A DNA stretch of 58,665 bases from a virus. Its lineage: Duplodnaviria > Caudoviricetes. Both the position numbers and the translations under genes were made by a program. This document shows, one piece after another, positions 1 to 8,555 of the stretch; position 1 is the first letter of the stretch; each line of letters opens with the position of its first letter. The notes below the pieces were generated by a model. It worked only from the letters and a program-made list of their open reading frames with translations, was not told where the DNA came from and did no database searches. The stretch lies in IMG/VR virus record IMGVR_UViG_3300032242_001675, positions 1 to 58,665 of that record, one strand, 5' to 3'.

Positions 1-123
1 AAATTTGAAGACCCCCGCACCGAGCCCTACGACCGCTACTCCCCCAAACTCCCTAACCGCTGCAACGCGCTGCTTCAGGAGTGGGTGGATGTCTTGGCGT
101 TTGCGGCGTTTAAGGTGATTATT
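1..123. repeat. 123-bp direct repeat identical to 58543-58665 (circular assembly overlap)
   Basis: Exact identity from aaatttgaagacccccgc to taaggtgattatt at both ends; lies inside a continuous reading frame. Confidence 0.97.
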
Positions 124-297
124 AAGAAGTCGGACGCCGGGTTCAACAACACCAAAACCCGCGGCGTGACCACCGGCGAGCGCCTGCTACACTTTGTGGA
201 GAACCCCGCCTACAACGCTAAAAACCGCTACAGCTGCCCGGAAGACATCGAGATGACAATCGATAACATTAAGAAACTTTTACCCATTCAAGAGTAG
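1..297 (+). CDS. 3' part of the Sak4-like AAA ATPase (the ORF-track 85..297 is only its tail)
   Basis: KFEDPRTEPYDRYSPKL...EWVDVLAFA...AKNRY, in frame with the 58102 ORF through the overlap. Confidence 0.88.
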   Translation, partial: KFEDPRTEPYDRYSPKLPNRCNALLQEWVDVLAFAAFKVIIKKSDAGFNNTKTRGVTTGERLLHFVENPAYNAKNRYSCPEDIEMTIDNIKKLLPIQE

Positions 298-326
298 TTA
301 ACCCTTTTTTCACTAGGAGAAGTAAC

Positions 327-836
327 ATGGCAAAATTTGGATTCGACCCCACCGAGTTTGAACAGAACGGCAGCGGCGGCGGCAACTTTGAAATCATGCC
401 CGAGGGCGAGTACACGCTGAAGGCGATCGAGGCCGAGCAGAAAGAAACCAAGAAAGGCGACGGGGCGTACTTAGCCGTCACTTTTGAGGTCGTGAAGGGC
501 GAGCACACCGGACGCCGCGTGTGGCAGAACTTCAACGTCCATAACCCGAGCGAGAAAGCGCAGCAGATCGGTCGCGAGCAGGTGTCGGCCTGGAGCCGCG
601 CCGCCGGCAAGCCGAACGCCCAGGACTCCGACGAACTGCTCGAGCGCAGCTTTCAGTGCAAACTCGGGATTGAGAAAGGTACAGGCGGCTACTCGGATAA
701 GAACATTATTAAACTGTTCCTCACCCCGAACGCAACCCCTAGCGACGCCGCCGCGCCCAAGGCCGAAAAGCCTAAACCCGCTCCCGCAGCAGCAGCGACT
801 CCCGCGGGCGATAAAAAGAAGAACCCCTGGGATTAA
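327..836 (+). CDS. Single-stranded DNA-binding protein (DUF669-like)
   Basis: MPEGEY..I..AE.K, flexible Ala/Pro-rich tail ending NPWD; AGGAG RBS; next to the Sak4-like ATPase. Confidence 0.8.
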   Translation: MAKFGFDPTEFEQNGSGGGNFEIMPEGEYTLKAIEAEQKETKKGDGAYLAVTFEVVKGEHTGRRVWQNFNVHNPSEKAQQIGREQVSAWSRAAGKPNAQDSDELLERSFQCKLGIEKGTGGYSDKNIIKLFLTPNATPSDAAAPKAEKPKPAPAAAATPAGDKKKNPWD

Positions 837-937
837 ACCGCCCTCGCGCTCGGTTCTTTTTTACTCAGGCCGCCGGTGCGCCTGTACCCGAAGCCCGGCA
901 CTTTTTTCCGTTTTAACAAAAAAGGACTCGACAGATT

Positions 938-1789
938 ATGGTAGCGTTGCCCAAACCCGAGACTCAAATAATTGAGAAGATTTACGAGGCCATCGAGCAG
1001 CACGAAAAGCAGCCGTTCCGGCTCTCCCGCATCGGGGCTTCGGGGCTCGGCGGGGAATGCCTGAGGGCGGTGTGGTTGGCCTGGCGGGGGTATGCGGAGT
1101 CGCAGTTCAGCGGGCGCATGCGTAGGCTGTTCCGCACCGGCCACTTGCAGGAGGAGCGCATTATAGAAGACCTCCGGCGCGCGGGGTTGGAGGTCTGGTC
1201 GCACCAAGCCGACGGCGAACAGTTCACCTACACCGACCCCACGGGACACTTTGTCGCCAAGCTCGACGGCGTAGTTAAGAACGTACCGGGTGCCGAGAAA
1301 ACCCCCCACAACCTTGAAATCAAAACCCACAACAAGAAGAGCTTTGAGGAGCTACAGAAGAAAGGCGTACAAACCGCTAAACCCCTGCACTACACGCAGG
1401 TGCAGGCGGGGATGATGCTCTCCGGACTCACCCGCACGCTCTACGTAGCGCTGTGCAAAGACGACGAGCAGTTCTACGTGGAACGGATTAAGCCCGACGA
1501 GTACGCCATGGCTACCGTTCAGGCGCAGGTGACGCGGCTGCTCGCCGCCGAACTGATTCCCGCGGGCATAAGCGAAACCGGCAGCTCCTTCCCTTGCCGT
1601 TGGTGTGACATGCGTAAAGCGTGTGTAGGTGAAGAGCAGCCCATCAAAACGTGCCGCTCCTGCCTGAACGTGCGGGTGGTGACCGAGGGTGGAGGCTGGG
1701 TGTGTTCGCTCACTGAGGAGCCTCTGAGTGCTGCGGCGCAGCTGGCGGCCTGCGGTAGTTATGAGGCTCGCGCGGTGGCCAGGCTATGA
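938..1789 (+). CDS. Cas4-like PD-(D/E)XK exonuclease
   Basis: IGASGLGGEC, GHLQE, KLDG, LEIKT, QVQ motifs; C-terminal CRWC/CRSC cysteines. Confidence 0.85.
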   Translation: MVALPKPETQIIEKIYEAIEQHEKQPFRLSRIGASGLGGECLRAVWLAWRGYAESQFSGRMRRLFRTGHLQEERIIEDLRRAGLEVWSHQADGEQFTYTDPTGHFVAKLDGVVKNVPGAEKTPHNLEIKTHNKKSFEELQKKGVQTAKPLHYTQVQAGMMLSGLTRTLYVALCKDDEQFYVERIKPDEYAMATVQAQVTRLLAAELIPAGISETGSSFPCRWCDMRKACVGEEQPIKTCRSCLNVRVVTEGGGWVCSLTEEPLSAAAQLAACGSYEARAVARL

Positions 1790-2301
1790 TCACCCTCGGC
1801 GTGGACCCCGGCCTGACGGGAGCGGTGGCGGTGTTGCGCGACGGAGCCGAGCTGCTGAGTTTGTTCGACATGCCCGTCATGCAGTCCGGCGCGGGCGGCA
1901 GCCGTGTGCAGAAAATAGTAGACGCTAAGGCGCTGCATGAGCTGCTCAGCGGGTGTTGTTTTTATTTCCGTTTTGAGTACAACAAAGAGCCCGCGGCGGA
2001 GCCGGTTTACGCCCTCGTTGAGCGCACGACAGCTATGCCGGGGCAGGGGGTCTCGTCAATGTACAGCATGGGGCACTCGCGCGGGGTGGTGGAGGGCGTG
2101 CTGGGCTCGTTCCCTCAGGTTGAAACCAGCCTGGTGCCCGCGGCGGTGTGGAAACGCCACATGGGCTACACCGCAGACAAAGAGCCTATCCGCGCGGAGA
2201 TGCAGCGGGTGTTCCCCGCCGCGGAGCTCAGGTTAAAGAAACACGCCGACCGCGCGGAGGCATTAGCGATGGCTTTGTATTTATACCGTCAGAAAAAATA
2301 A
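1786..2301 (+). CDS. RuvC-like Holliday junction resolvase
   Basis: LGVDPGLTGAVA, VE, PAAVWK, DRAEALAMA motifs. Confidence 0.85.
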   Translation: MITLGVDPGLTGAVAVLRDGAELLSLFDMPVMQSGAGGSRVQKIVDAKALHELLSGCCFYFRFEYNKEPAAEPVYALVERTTAMPGQGVSSMYSMGHSRGVVEGVLGSFPQVETSLVPAAVWKRHMGYTADKEPIRAEMQRVFPAAELRLKKHADRAEALAMALYLYRQKK

Positions 2302-2315
2302 TTTTTTAAAACCAC

Positions 2316-2344
2316 TTGCCTTTTCTTAAAATATAAACTAAACT
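2316..2344 (+). promoter_or_regulatory. Sigma70-like promoter TTGCCT-N17-TAAACT driving the accessory island
   Basis: -35 at 2316-2321, -10 at 2339-2344; near-identical architecture at 48937-48965. Confidence 0.7.
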
Positions 2345-2381
2345 ATTTTTGCGTTACATAACTTTATAACTTAGGACTAAC

Positions 2382-2636
2382 ATGAAAAACCTGACCCGAT
2401 ACGAAGCCCTCATCAGCGCCCGCGTCTCCGGAATACCCTGTTTAATCGGGGTACTGAGCTACGAGCGCGTTAAGGGTAGCTTTAATTACAACGATGTCTC
2501 CGACCTCGACTACAGCGGCTACGTGCAGACGGACTGGGAGCTGCTTGACCGCCGGGGCTACACCGCGCCGTGGCTCGCGCGTAAAGCCACGCCCGAGGAA
2601 ATCGAAACCGTTATCGCTAACCACTTTCAGGAGTAA
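2382..2636 (+). CDS. Hypothetical phage protein
   Basis: AGGA RBS, downstream of promoter; GIPC.I.V...G / LDRRGY.A.WL pattern common in phage hypotheticals. Confidence 0.75.
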   Translation: MKNLTRYEALISARVSGIPCLIGVLSYERVKGSFNYNDVSDLDYSGYVQTDWELLDRRGYTAPWLARKATPEEIETVIANHFQE

Positions 2637-2643
2637 CCCGAAC

Positions 2644-2775
2644 ATGATTCCCGTTGACACTCGCTCCGCCGCACAGCATCGTTTCTGGCGTTACGCGGGG
2701 TTTATTTTTAAAACAGTGTTTTCGTGCTCCGGCGCGGTGTTTGCTTATTATTTAATCTACAAGGGGTTCTTATGA
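2644..2775 (+). CDS. Small hydrophobic hypothetical protein
   Basis: AGGAG RBS before ATG 2644; ATGA overlap with next gene. Confidence 0.5.
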   Translation: MIPVDTRSAAQHRFWRYAGFIFKTVFSCSGAVFAYYLIYKGFL

Positions 2776-2966
2776 GCGCGAAGTGGGAGCAGGCCTACGA
2801 GGACTGGGCGCGGCTGTTGGAGTCGGCGCGCGCGGAGGACCTGCTGAGGGACCCGCGGGCGGTGTGGGATGAGGCCTGGAGGCAGGCCGTGATGACCGCG
2901 GCGGGGGTCGCAGCAGTCGCGGACAGCGATAAAGTTGTTAAAAAACTTGAGGAGTTACTGAAATGA
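2772..2966 (+). CDS. Hypothetical protein (paralog of 9308-9442)
   Basis: ATG 2772 after AAGGGG; W..LL....E.LL.DP...W.EAW pattern. Confidence 0.7.
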   Translation: MSAKWEQAYEDWARLLESARAEDLLRDPRAVWDEAWRQAVMTAAGVAAVADSDKVVKKLEELLK

Positions 2967-3157
2967 GCGATGAAATGGTTTTAGCCGCCGAGCACCGGCC
3001 TTATGCCCGAGCCTCGGCGACCAATGTGCAGCGGACTTGGAAAAAGCACGGCTGGGTGCCACCCTCTAAAGACCCCGCGGTGGTCGCGAAGTGGGACTAC
3101 TTTAAAGCGATTGCGCTGCTCTCCGAGCAGGCTTTTGAACGGGACTGCAAACCATGA
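2963..3157 (+). CDS. Hypothetical protein
   Basis: GAGGAG RBS, ATGA coupling; TNVQRTWKKHGWVPPS. Confidence 0.7.
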   Translation: MSDEMVLAAEHRPYARASATNVQRTWKKHGWVPPSKDPAVVAKWDYFKAIALLSEQAFERDCKP

Positions 3158-3318
3158 TCAGCCGTCTTGAGGTCGCCGCAATGGTATTGCAGGGCATGTG
3201 CGCGGGGGATTGGATATTTGATGTACCCGAGGGCAGCACGTGGGACGACGTTGCTATCCCCCGCGCGTTTGAGCTCGCAGACAAACTAATCGCAGAGGGG
3301 GCGAGCGATGAACATTAA
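3154..3318 (+). CDS. Hypothetical protein (54 aa, not in ORF track)
   Basis: MISRLEVAAMVLQGMCAGDW...AFELADKLIAEG; ATGA coupling. Confidence 0.6.
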   Translation: MISRLEVAAMVLQGMCAGDWIFDVPEGSTWDDVAIPRAFELADKLIAEGASDEH

Positions 3319-3544
3319 AGCCGCGTTGCAAAAAGACATTGAGGAGAAAGAGAAGATTATTGAGAATCTTCAACGCCTGCTCACCGTGAAGATGAACGTC
3401 GTGCGCGATGAGAGTCGCGTAGCCCTCGCTGATGAAATTAAACTCGACGCACGCCGTTACGCTTGGTTGCGTAAGCACATGGTGGAGCTCTTTATCACGG
3501 GTAGCAAACTGGACAAAGAAATCGATAAAAGGATGAAGAAATGA
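3308..3544 (+). CDS. Hypothetical protein
   Basis: Coiled-coil followed by DARRYAWLR, a recurrent phage accessory motif. Confidence 0.7.
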   Translation: MNIKAALQKDIEEKEKIIENLQRLLTVKMNVVRDESRVALADEIKLDARRYAWLRKHMVELFITGSKLDKEIDKRMKK

Positions 3545-3966
3545 AACACAAACATGCAGAGTTAATTAAGAAATGGGCAGACGGTGCTGAGATTGAATAC
3601 TCTTTTGAGGGAAAATACTGGCGTTTTATTGATAATCCAAGCTGGGATGAAAAATATAACTATCGCCTCAAACGCCCCGACTGGCAACGAAAACTGATCG
3701 ATGCAGCGAAGGAAGGCAAAGAAGTGCAACTTAGGTTTTATGACAGTTGGGAAAAATCGACAGTGAATTACGAGTTGGATGATTATGACTTTGCCGAATT
3801 CACAGAAGATTTTTACCGCATCAAGACAGAACCTAAGCCTGACATTGAACTTTTTTACTACGTTTTGGAGGGCGACATCACTAAATGGTATTCCCACGAG
3901 GCGCATTTCAAAGTCATCGTTGACGGCGAAACTGGCGAGTACAAAGGCGTGGAGTCATTAAAATGA
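3541..3966 (+). CDS. Hypothetical protein with an internal duplicated module
   Basis: KHAELIKKWADGAEIE...YRLK repeated as AAKEGKEVQ...YRIK. Confidence 0.7.
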   Translation: MKHKHAELIKKWADGAEIEYSFEGKYWRFIDNPSWDEKYNYRLKRPDWQRKLIDAAKEGKEVQLRFYDSWEKSTVNYELDDYDFAEFTEDFYRIKTEPKPDIELFYYVLEGDITKWYSHEAHFKVIVDGETGEYKGVESLK

Positions 3967-4163
3967 AAGACTTCTTTAAACGAGAAAAGCAGAAACTTGA
4001 TACCCACAAAGAAAAGTTGTCGAGTGATTTGGTTAAGCTGTCCTTGGCATACAAGACCTCGGATGGGGGCATCTTTGAAAATGAAACAGATGCAATCAGA
4101 AGGCAAGACACGCTAAATAATCGAAAACTTTACGGTGAGTTTTACGATTCTATATATATATGA
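3963..4163 (+). CDS. Hypothetical protein (possibly frameshifted with 4160-4279)
   Basis: ORF in coupled chain; AYKTSDG.IFE motif; ends in a (TA)5 tract. Confidence 0.55.
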   Translation: MKDFFKREKQKLDTHKEKLSSDLVKLSLAYKTSDGGIFENETDAIRRQDTLNNRKLYGEFYDSIYI

Positions 4164-4275
4164 ATCCGCTTGCTAACAATGCTTTGATGGCGTATGACAA
4201 GCCATCGAGAGATATTATTTACGGACTACTTGAGCAATGGCATCAATACATTGAATTTAGACTTGAGGTGCTGAA

Positions 4276-4503
4276 ATGAAAAAACGCGGCTCATCAATAG
4301 CTGGGTTTGCTGACGCTCCAATAAAGGGTGAGGGGCAAAGCGTGGGTGGTCAGTATGGATTCCCAGAGCATTACAAACCAGTTTCTCCTGAGGTTATTAC
4401 GACATGGGTAGAGCGAAGGGTACCCCAAGAGTTGGAAGCGGAGTTTCATATATTGATTGATAGCTGGTTGCGCATTAAAGGGTTTAATCCGGAGGATATA
4501 TGA
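4276..4503 (+). CDS. Hypothetical protein
   Basis: GAGG RBS, ATGA coupling. Confidence 0.6.
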   Translation: MKKRGSSIAGFADAPIKGEGQSVGGQYGFPEHYKPVSPEVITTWVERRVPQELEAEFHILIDSWLRIKGFNPEDI

Positions 4504-4664
4504 GCAAGCCAATAACTGCTAAAGAGATGGTGAAAGATATGCTGAAAATGCTAGATGATGTTGTTGCTGATGTTCCGCCAGAAGAACGAGAGGAAGCGAA
4601 GGCAAAGATTTTGGGTGCATTTAGTCAACAAATGTTTTCAATGCAAATGAAGGAAAAAGAATGA
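4500..4664 (+). CDS. Hypothetical protein (not in ORF track)
   Basis: GGAGG RBS; MSKPITAKEMVKDMLKML...; ATGA overlaps at both ends. Confidence 0.6.
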   Translation: MSKPITAKEMVKDMLKMLDDVVADVPPEEREEAKAKILGAFSQQMFSMQMKEKE

Positions 4665-4939
4665 ACGAGCGACTAAAAGAACTTGCTATACGAGCTGATT
4701 TTTATGTAAATGATTCGGCAAAGCTAGGTCATGTCTGGTGTAGCGACCAATTGCCAATAGATGAAAACCTTGAGGAATTCGCCAAGTTAGTCAGGCAGGA
4801 TGAGCGTGAAGAAATCGCTAAATGGTTAAACACAGGTGTTGATTTTAAGGCGCTTGAAAAAGATCCGTTTCTTTTGCAATTTGCTTTTTCTATGATTGCG
4901 GGTATTTCAGAAATGATCACAGCAAGGGGTAAGAAATGA
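4661..4939 (+). CDS. Hypothetical protein, MNERLKELAIRA family
   Basis: Tandem paralog of 4936-5178. Confidence 0.7.
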   Translation: MNERLKELAIRADFYVNDSAKLGHVWCSDQLPIDENLEEFAKLVRQDEREEIAKWLNTGVDFKALEKDPFLLQFAFSMIAGISEMITARGKK

Positions 4940-5178
4940 ACGAGAAAATTAAACAACTTGCTATACGGGCAGGGTTGACATGCACTCAAGACGGCTGGGT
5001 GTCTACCCAAAAGAAACACGCAGAGGGTGTGGAAGATGAATACTTGGAACACTTTGCCGCCCTAGTCCGTGACGATGCGCTAGAAGAAGCGGCTAGAGCT
5101 ATGCAGCCAATGCTGCGAGATATGATAAGCCGAGGAAATGCAGCTGACATTATTAGACAACTAAAGGATAGGCCATGA
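4936..5178 (+). CDS. Hypothetical protein, MNEKIKQLAIRA family
   Basis: Shares N-terminus and LE.FA.LVR.D..EE with 4661-4939. Confidence 0.7.
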   Translation: MNEKIKQLAIRAGLTCTQDGWVSTQKKHAEGVEDEYLEHFAALVRDDALEEAARAMQPMLRDMISRGNAADIIRQLKDRP

Positions 5179-5372
5179 GTTTTTCGGTAAAAATTGAAAC
5201 AACAAAAGAGGGAAAGTACAGGGTGCGTGCGGCTCACTCTTTCGCCCCGTCTGTTGAGCGGGTATTCGATACGATGGAGGAGTGTCGTAAGTTTGCGGAT
5301 GAATGGTTTTCCAAAACGTATTTTGTAGATCCGTTTAGTCATTTAACCTCCCGAAAAAATCACACCATTTAA
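5175..5372 (+). CDS. Hypothetical protein
   Basis: AAGGA RBS, ATGA coupling. Confidence 0.55.
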   Translation: MSFSVKIETTKEGKYRVRAAHSFAPSVERVFDTMEECRKFADEWFSKTYFVDPFSHLTSRKNHTI

Positions 5373-5381
5373 GGATAAACC

Positions 5382-5693
5382 ATGAAACCATTTGATTTAG
5401 AACGTGCAAAAGCTGGTGATCCTGTTTACGACACAGTATTAAGTGAGATTGCTCATTTTGTGGGCGTTGGTATTAACAGCGAACTTGTTATTGAGGCAAG
5501 GGGTGCTGTTTGTAAACGATGGGAAGATGAACTCCGCATGGCTCCAAAAAAGCGCACCGTGTGGGTAAATTTGTATGAGAACCAGAATTACTTTTCCATA
5601 GCGTACTACACCGAAGAAGAGGCGGACGCTGATAAATGGGACTTCCCCAAACGTCTTGGTGGTAAAGCGCACCCAATCGTGATCGAGGAATAA
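5382..5693 (+). CDS. Hypothetical protein
   Basis: AAGGA RBS; MKPFDLERAKAG...L.MAPKKRTVWVNLY, a recurrent phage motif. Confidence 0.7.
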   Translation: MKPFDLERAKAGDPVYDTVLSEIAHFVGVGINSELVIEARGAVCKRWEDELRMAPKKRTVWVNLYENQNYFSIAYYTEEEADADKWDFPKRLGGKAHPIVIEE

Positions 5694-5820
5694 CCATGAA
5701 ACATCTTTGGAACATTGGGGGTTTTGCGCTTATTTATATTGGCGGATATTCACTAGGCATCGTAGAGTACCTGCTTGTTACGGCTGGCGCATTTTGTTTA
5801 ATTGTTTATGGGGCATCAAT

Positions 5821-6162
5821 ATGACTGACCAAGAACTATTAGAGTATGCGGCTAAGGCGGCAGGTCTTGAAATCAATAAAAGCTTAACAGGAACATTGTT
5901 TGTACTTAAAGGTGTGTCGCAATGGTGTGATTGGAATCCACTAATCGACGACGGCGATGCGTTGAGGCTGGCGGTGAAGATGGGCATGGAGGTTTATATA
6001 GACACTCACCCAGAAGGTTGCGATTGTACTGAGGTTTGGAGTGTTACTTACGATCAGCCAAAGAAACATGAAAGGTGTGTTAGTCACGGCGATGACCCAT
6101 GCGCCGCAACCCGCCGAGCAATTGTTATGTGCGCCGCTAGTATTGGTAAGGAGATGATATGA
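5821..6162 (+). CDS. Hypothetical protein
   Basis: MTDQELLEYAAKAAG...WNPLIDDGDALRLAV...ATRRAIV; likely start 5821 rather than 5707. Confidence 0.75.
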   Translation: MTDQELLEYAAKAAGLEINKSLTGTLFVLKGVSQWCDWNPLIDDGDALRLAVKMGMEVYIDTHPEGCDCTEVWSVTYDQPKKHERCVSHGDDPCAATRRAIVMCAASIGKEMI

Positions 6163-6276
6163 CTGACGATGATGTTTTTGTTTGGGTGGCGGCGTTAATT
6201 TTATTTGTTAACAATTTCATACTTGGTTGGCTAGTAGTGGATATGTTTTATCTTACGAATAAAACAGGAGAATCAA

Positions 6277-6459
6277 ATGACACCAACAAATAAACTGCGC
6301 TGGCTTAACAAGTTTGAAACCGTAGAGCCTTACGAGTGTAGCGGAGGCAAACGCCCAGTTAAAGTGCTTCAACAATGGTGGGTAGCCCCAACCCACGATA
6401 CTTATTATGTTGACGGCAACTACGGCGAATGGCGTGATGTGGAGGTTGAAAATGAGTAG
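6277..6459 (+). CDS. Hypothetical protein
   Basis: AGGAG RBS; MTPTNKLRW...VLQQWW...GEWRDV. Confidence 0.7.
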   Translation: MTPTNKLRWLNKFETVEPYECSGGKRPVKVLQQWWVAPTHDTYYVDGNYGEWRDVEVENE

Positions 6460-6730
6460 AGAATTAGTACAAAGAATCACAGATTATTTATCTGGCGGTG
6501 GTCTTGTTAATCCTGAATTAGCAAATCATAAAGAAGTGCGTGACCTGTTGATTGATTGCCGTAGCGAACTAGGCAAGCCTGAGCCAGCACCTGAACCTGT
6601 CGTTTCATTTCAAGATAGTGAAGAAGGTTTGTGGATTACCCTTGAATTTTACGGAGCTTACTTTTGTGAAAATTTAAGCGAAAGAAAACCCGCTAGGTAT
6701 TTTATTGACGCTTATAGGAGAAGAAAATGA
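6452..6730 (+). CDS. Hypothetical mosaic protein
   Basis: GGAGG RBS; RITDYLSGGGLVNPELANH module followed by an ELGKPEP linker. Confidence 0.65.
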   Translation: MSRELVQRITDYLSGGGLVNPELANHKEVRDLLIDCRSELGKPEPAPEPVVSFQDSEEGLWITLEFYGAYFCENLSERKPARYFIDAYRRRK

Positions 6731-6948
6731 ATAATGAAGTAGCGATCAATCACGCTGGGGCAGTAGCCACTATCAGGTGGTCACGCGATGAATTTCATAT
6801 AACCAAAGAAAGTAAATTCAACGAAGAACTTGCTAGTACGCTCGAAATAATCCCCTATGGCGAGGCAGTTACCACTCTTGGCGAAGACCGACGCAAATGG
6901 ATGCACGATAAATTAGACGCATGGATAAATGGAGAACTTGATGAATAA
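6727..6948 (+). CDS. Hypothetical protein
   Basis: AGGAG RBS, ATGA coupling. Confidence 0.6.
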   Translation: MNNEVAINHAGAVATIRWSRDEFHITKESKFNEELASTLEIIPYGEAVTTLGEDRRKWMHDKLDAWINGELDE

Positions 6949-7900
6949 AGAACTATTACAGCAGGCATTAGAATTGTTGGTTGCTTATCGAGACTACACA
7001 GGGGATTTTCGTATAGCGAACAAATGCGGATCGACAATCCAAGCACTTGAGGCAGAGTTAGCAAAGCCTGAATTGCCAAGGGTTTTCAGGGAAGTTCCGA
7101 TTGGCGATAATTATGTCCTGCGCTTTTACCCGTCGGATACAGGCTGGATGTGCGGGATTAGCAATGAGATGATGGATGCGATTGAAGAGTTATCCAAGCC
7201 TGAGCAAGAACCTGAACCTAAGTCTATTAAAGCAGAAGACCTTTTAGTTGAGTCCTATTATCCGCGCACAGGTACAAGTGATCGAGGGATAAAAATTACG
7301 CACACACCAACAGGCTTAATTGTTTATTGTGAGTCAGAGTACAGTCAGCACGCCAACAAAAAATTAGCTTTGCAAAAGTTAGAAGCAAAGTTAGCCAAGC
7401 CTGAGCAAGACTGGGATTTACTTGCAAAAACTCAAGAGTCCCTTCGTGAACATATGGCACGGATTAAAGAGTTGGAAGCACAGCTAGCCAAGCAAAAAGC
7501 ATTGGACAAGAAAGCCGACAACGCCCGTGATTTGGGGCTGGATTATGAGCCTGAGCAAACGCCTGTGGCGTGGGCAACATTTGATGGCGAAGGTAATTAC
7601 GATTATAGGAATTACGAGGATAACAAAAATTATCGTGACGAGTTTATTGAGCGCAACGGTACAAAGTATGCTAGTTGGGTAATGCCTCTTTACGCCGCAC
7701 CACAAAAGTATTGCCCGTCAGAAAACAATGCGACTTACGAAAAAGGTTTTGTTGACGGCATGGCAAAGCAAATGCACTCAAGCGTTGATCGTGCGGTGAA
7801 TGCGATGGATAAAAAATGCGATGTACATGAGTGCCGCAGGAAGGTACGAGAGGCAGACGATGACGCTAGCCTAGCAGGTGCAATTATTTACAGGAGATAG
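6941..7900 (+). CDS. Mosaic multi-module protein with repeated (E/K)LAKPEQ linkers and a release-factor-like domain
   Basis: GGAG before ATG 6941; linkers ELAKPE, ELSKPEQEPEP, KLAKPEQ, QLAKQ, YEPEQTPVAW; IKITHTPTGLIVYCESEYSQHANK. Confidence 0.7.
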   Translation: MNKELLQQALELLVAYRDYTGDFRIANKCGSTIQALEAELAKPELPRVFREVPIGDNYVLRFYPSDTGWMCGISNEMMDAIEELSKPEQEPEPKSIKAEDLLVESYYPRTGTSDRGIKITHTPTGLIVYCESEYSQHANKKLALQKLEAKLAKPEQDWDLLAKTQESLREHMARIKELEAQLAKQKALDKKADNARDLGLDYEPEQTPVAWATFDGEGNYDYRNYEDNKNYRDEFIERNGTKYASWVMPLYAAPQKYCPSENNATYEKGFVDGMAKQMHSSVDRAVNAMDKKCDVHECRRKVREADDDASLAGAIIYRR

Positions 7901-7902
7901 CA

Positions 7903-8127
7903 ATGCCGTTTAAACAACACCCAACTGACCCAACAAAGGTTATTTACAAAACAAACGAGTATTGTGTACCCAAGCCGTGGGTGGGTCTGACGGATAAAAA
8001 CATTGAAGAGGTTTATGAAATAACAAGCCAACAAACCCTACGCCCTCAAGATAGGCATATGGTACTCGCTTTTGCTCAGGCAGTTGAAGCTAAACTCAAG
8101 GATAAGAACGATGCAACATATACCTGA
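7903..8127 (+). CDS. Hypothetical protein with WVGLT module
   Basis: AGGAG RBS; KPWVGLTD...FAQAVEAKLKDKN. Confidence 0.7.
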   Translation: MPFKQHPTDPTKVIYKTNEYCVPKPWVGLTDKNIEEVYEITSQQTLRPQDRHMVLAFAQAVEAKLKDKNDATYT

Positions 8128-8350
8128 TTTGTACGCTGATGTTGATTTGCAAATGCTTAAAAAGAAAATTCAGGCGATTGAATCAGCAATTACTAATCCT
8201 AAGCGTGAATGGGTAGGTCTGACACCTGAGGAAATAGAATCAATAGTTGATGCAAACACAACGGATAGTGGAGGTTTTGATATATGGTGTGATGGTTTTG
8301 GTGTTGCCCGCGCAGTTATGGAAAAACTTAAGGAGATGAACAATGGATGA
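8111..8350 (+). CDS. Hypothetical protein with WVGLT module
   Basis: KREWVGLTPEEI...VARAVMEKLKEMN; paralogous to the preceding gene. Confidence 0.65.
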   Translation: MQHIPDLYADVDLQMLKKKIQAIESAITNPKREWVGLTPEEIESIVDANTTDSGGFDIWCDGFGVARAVMEKLKEMNNG

Positions 8351-8555
8351 GCAAGAATTGATTAGACGGTCGCAGGTTGCTTGGTATGACAATACGGGCA
8401 AATATATTTATGTACCCGTTTATTCTGCAAGTGGGGTTTTGATGCGGGAAATTGCTTTTCGCAAAGAAGACGGAGAATGGGTCGGCAAGTTAATCCACGC
8501 AGACATGGTTGAGTTGATTAAATACGCTGAAGCAAATAGGGTGAAGAAAGCATGA
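8343..8555 (+). CDS. Hypothetical protein
   Basis: AAGGAG RBS; overlapping chain. Confidence 0.55.
   Translation: MDEQELIRRSQVAWYDNTGKYIYVPVYSASGVLMREIAFRKEDGEWVGKLIHADMVELIKYAEANRVKKA

Noticed and set aside
1-123. Biological direct terminal repeat
   Set aside because: It falls in the middle of the Sak4-like ORF and is an exact end-to-end overlap, as expected from circular assembly; the true termini cannot be determined here
938-1789. Cas4 as a sign of a CRISPR system
   Set aside because: No repeat-spacer array or other cas genes seen; the Sak4-SSB-exonuclease context indicates recombination
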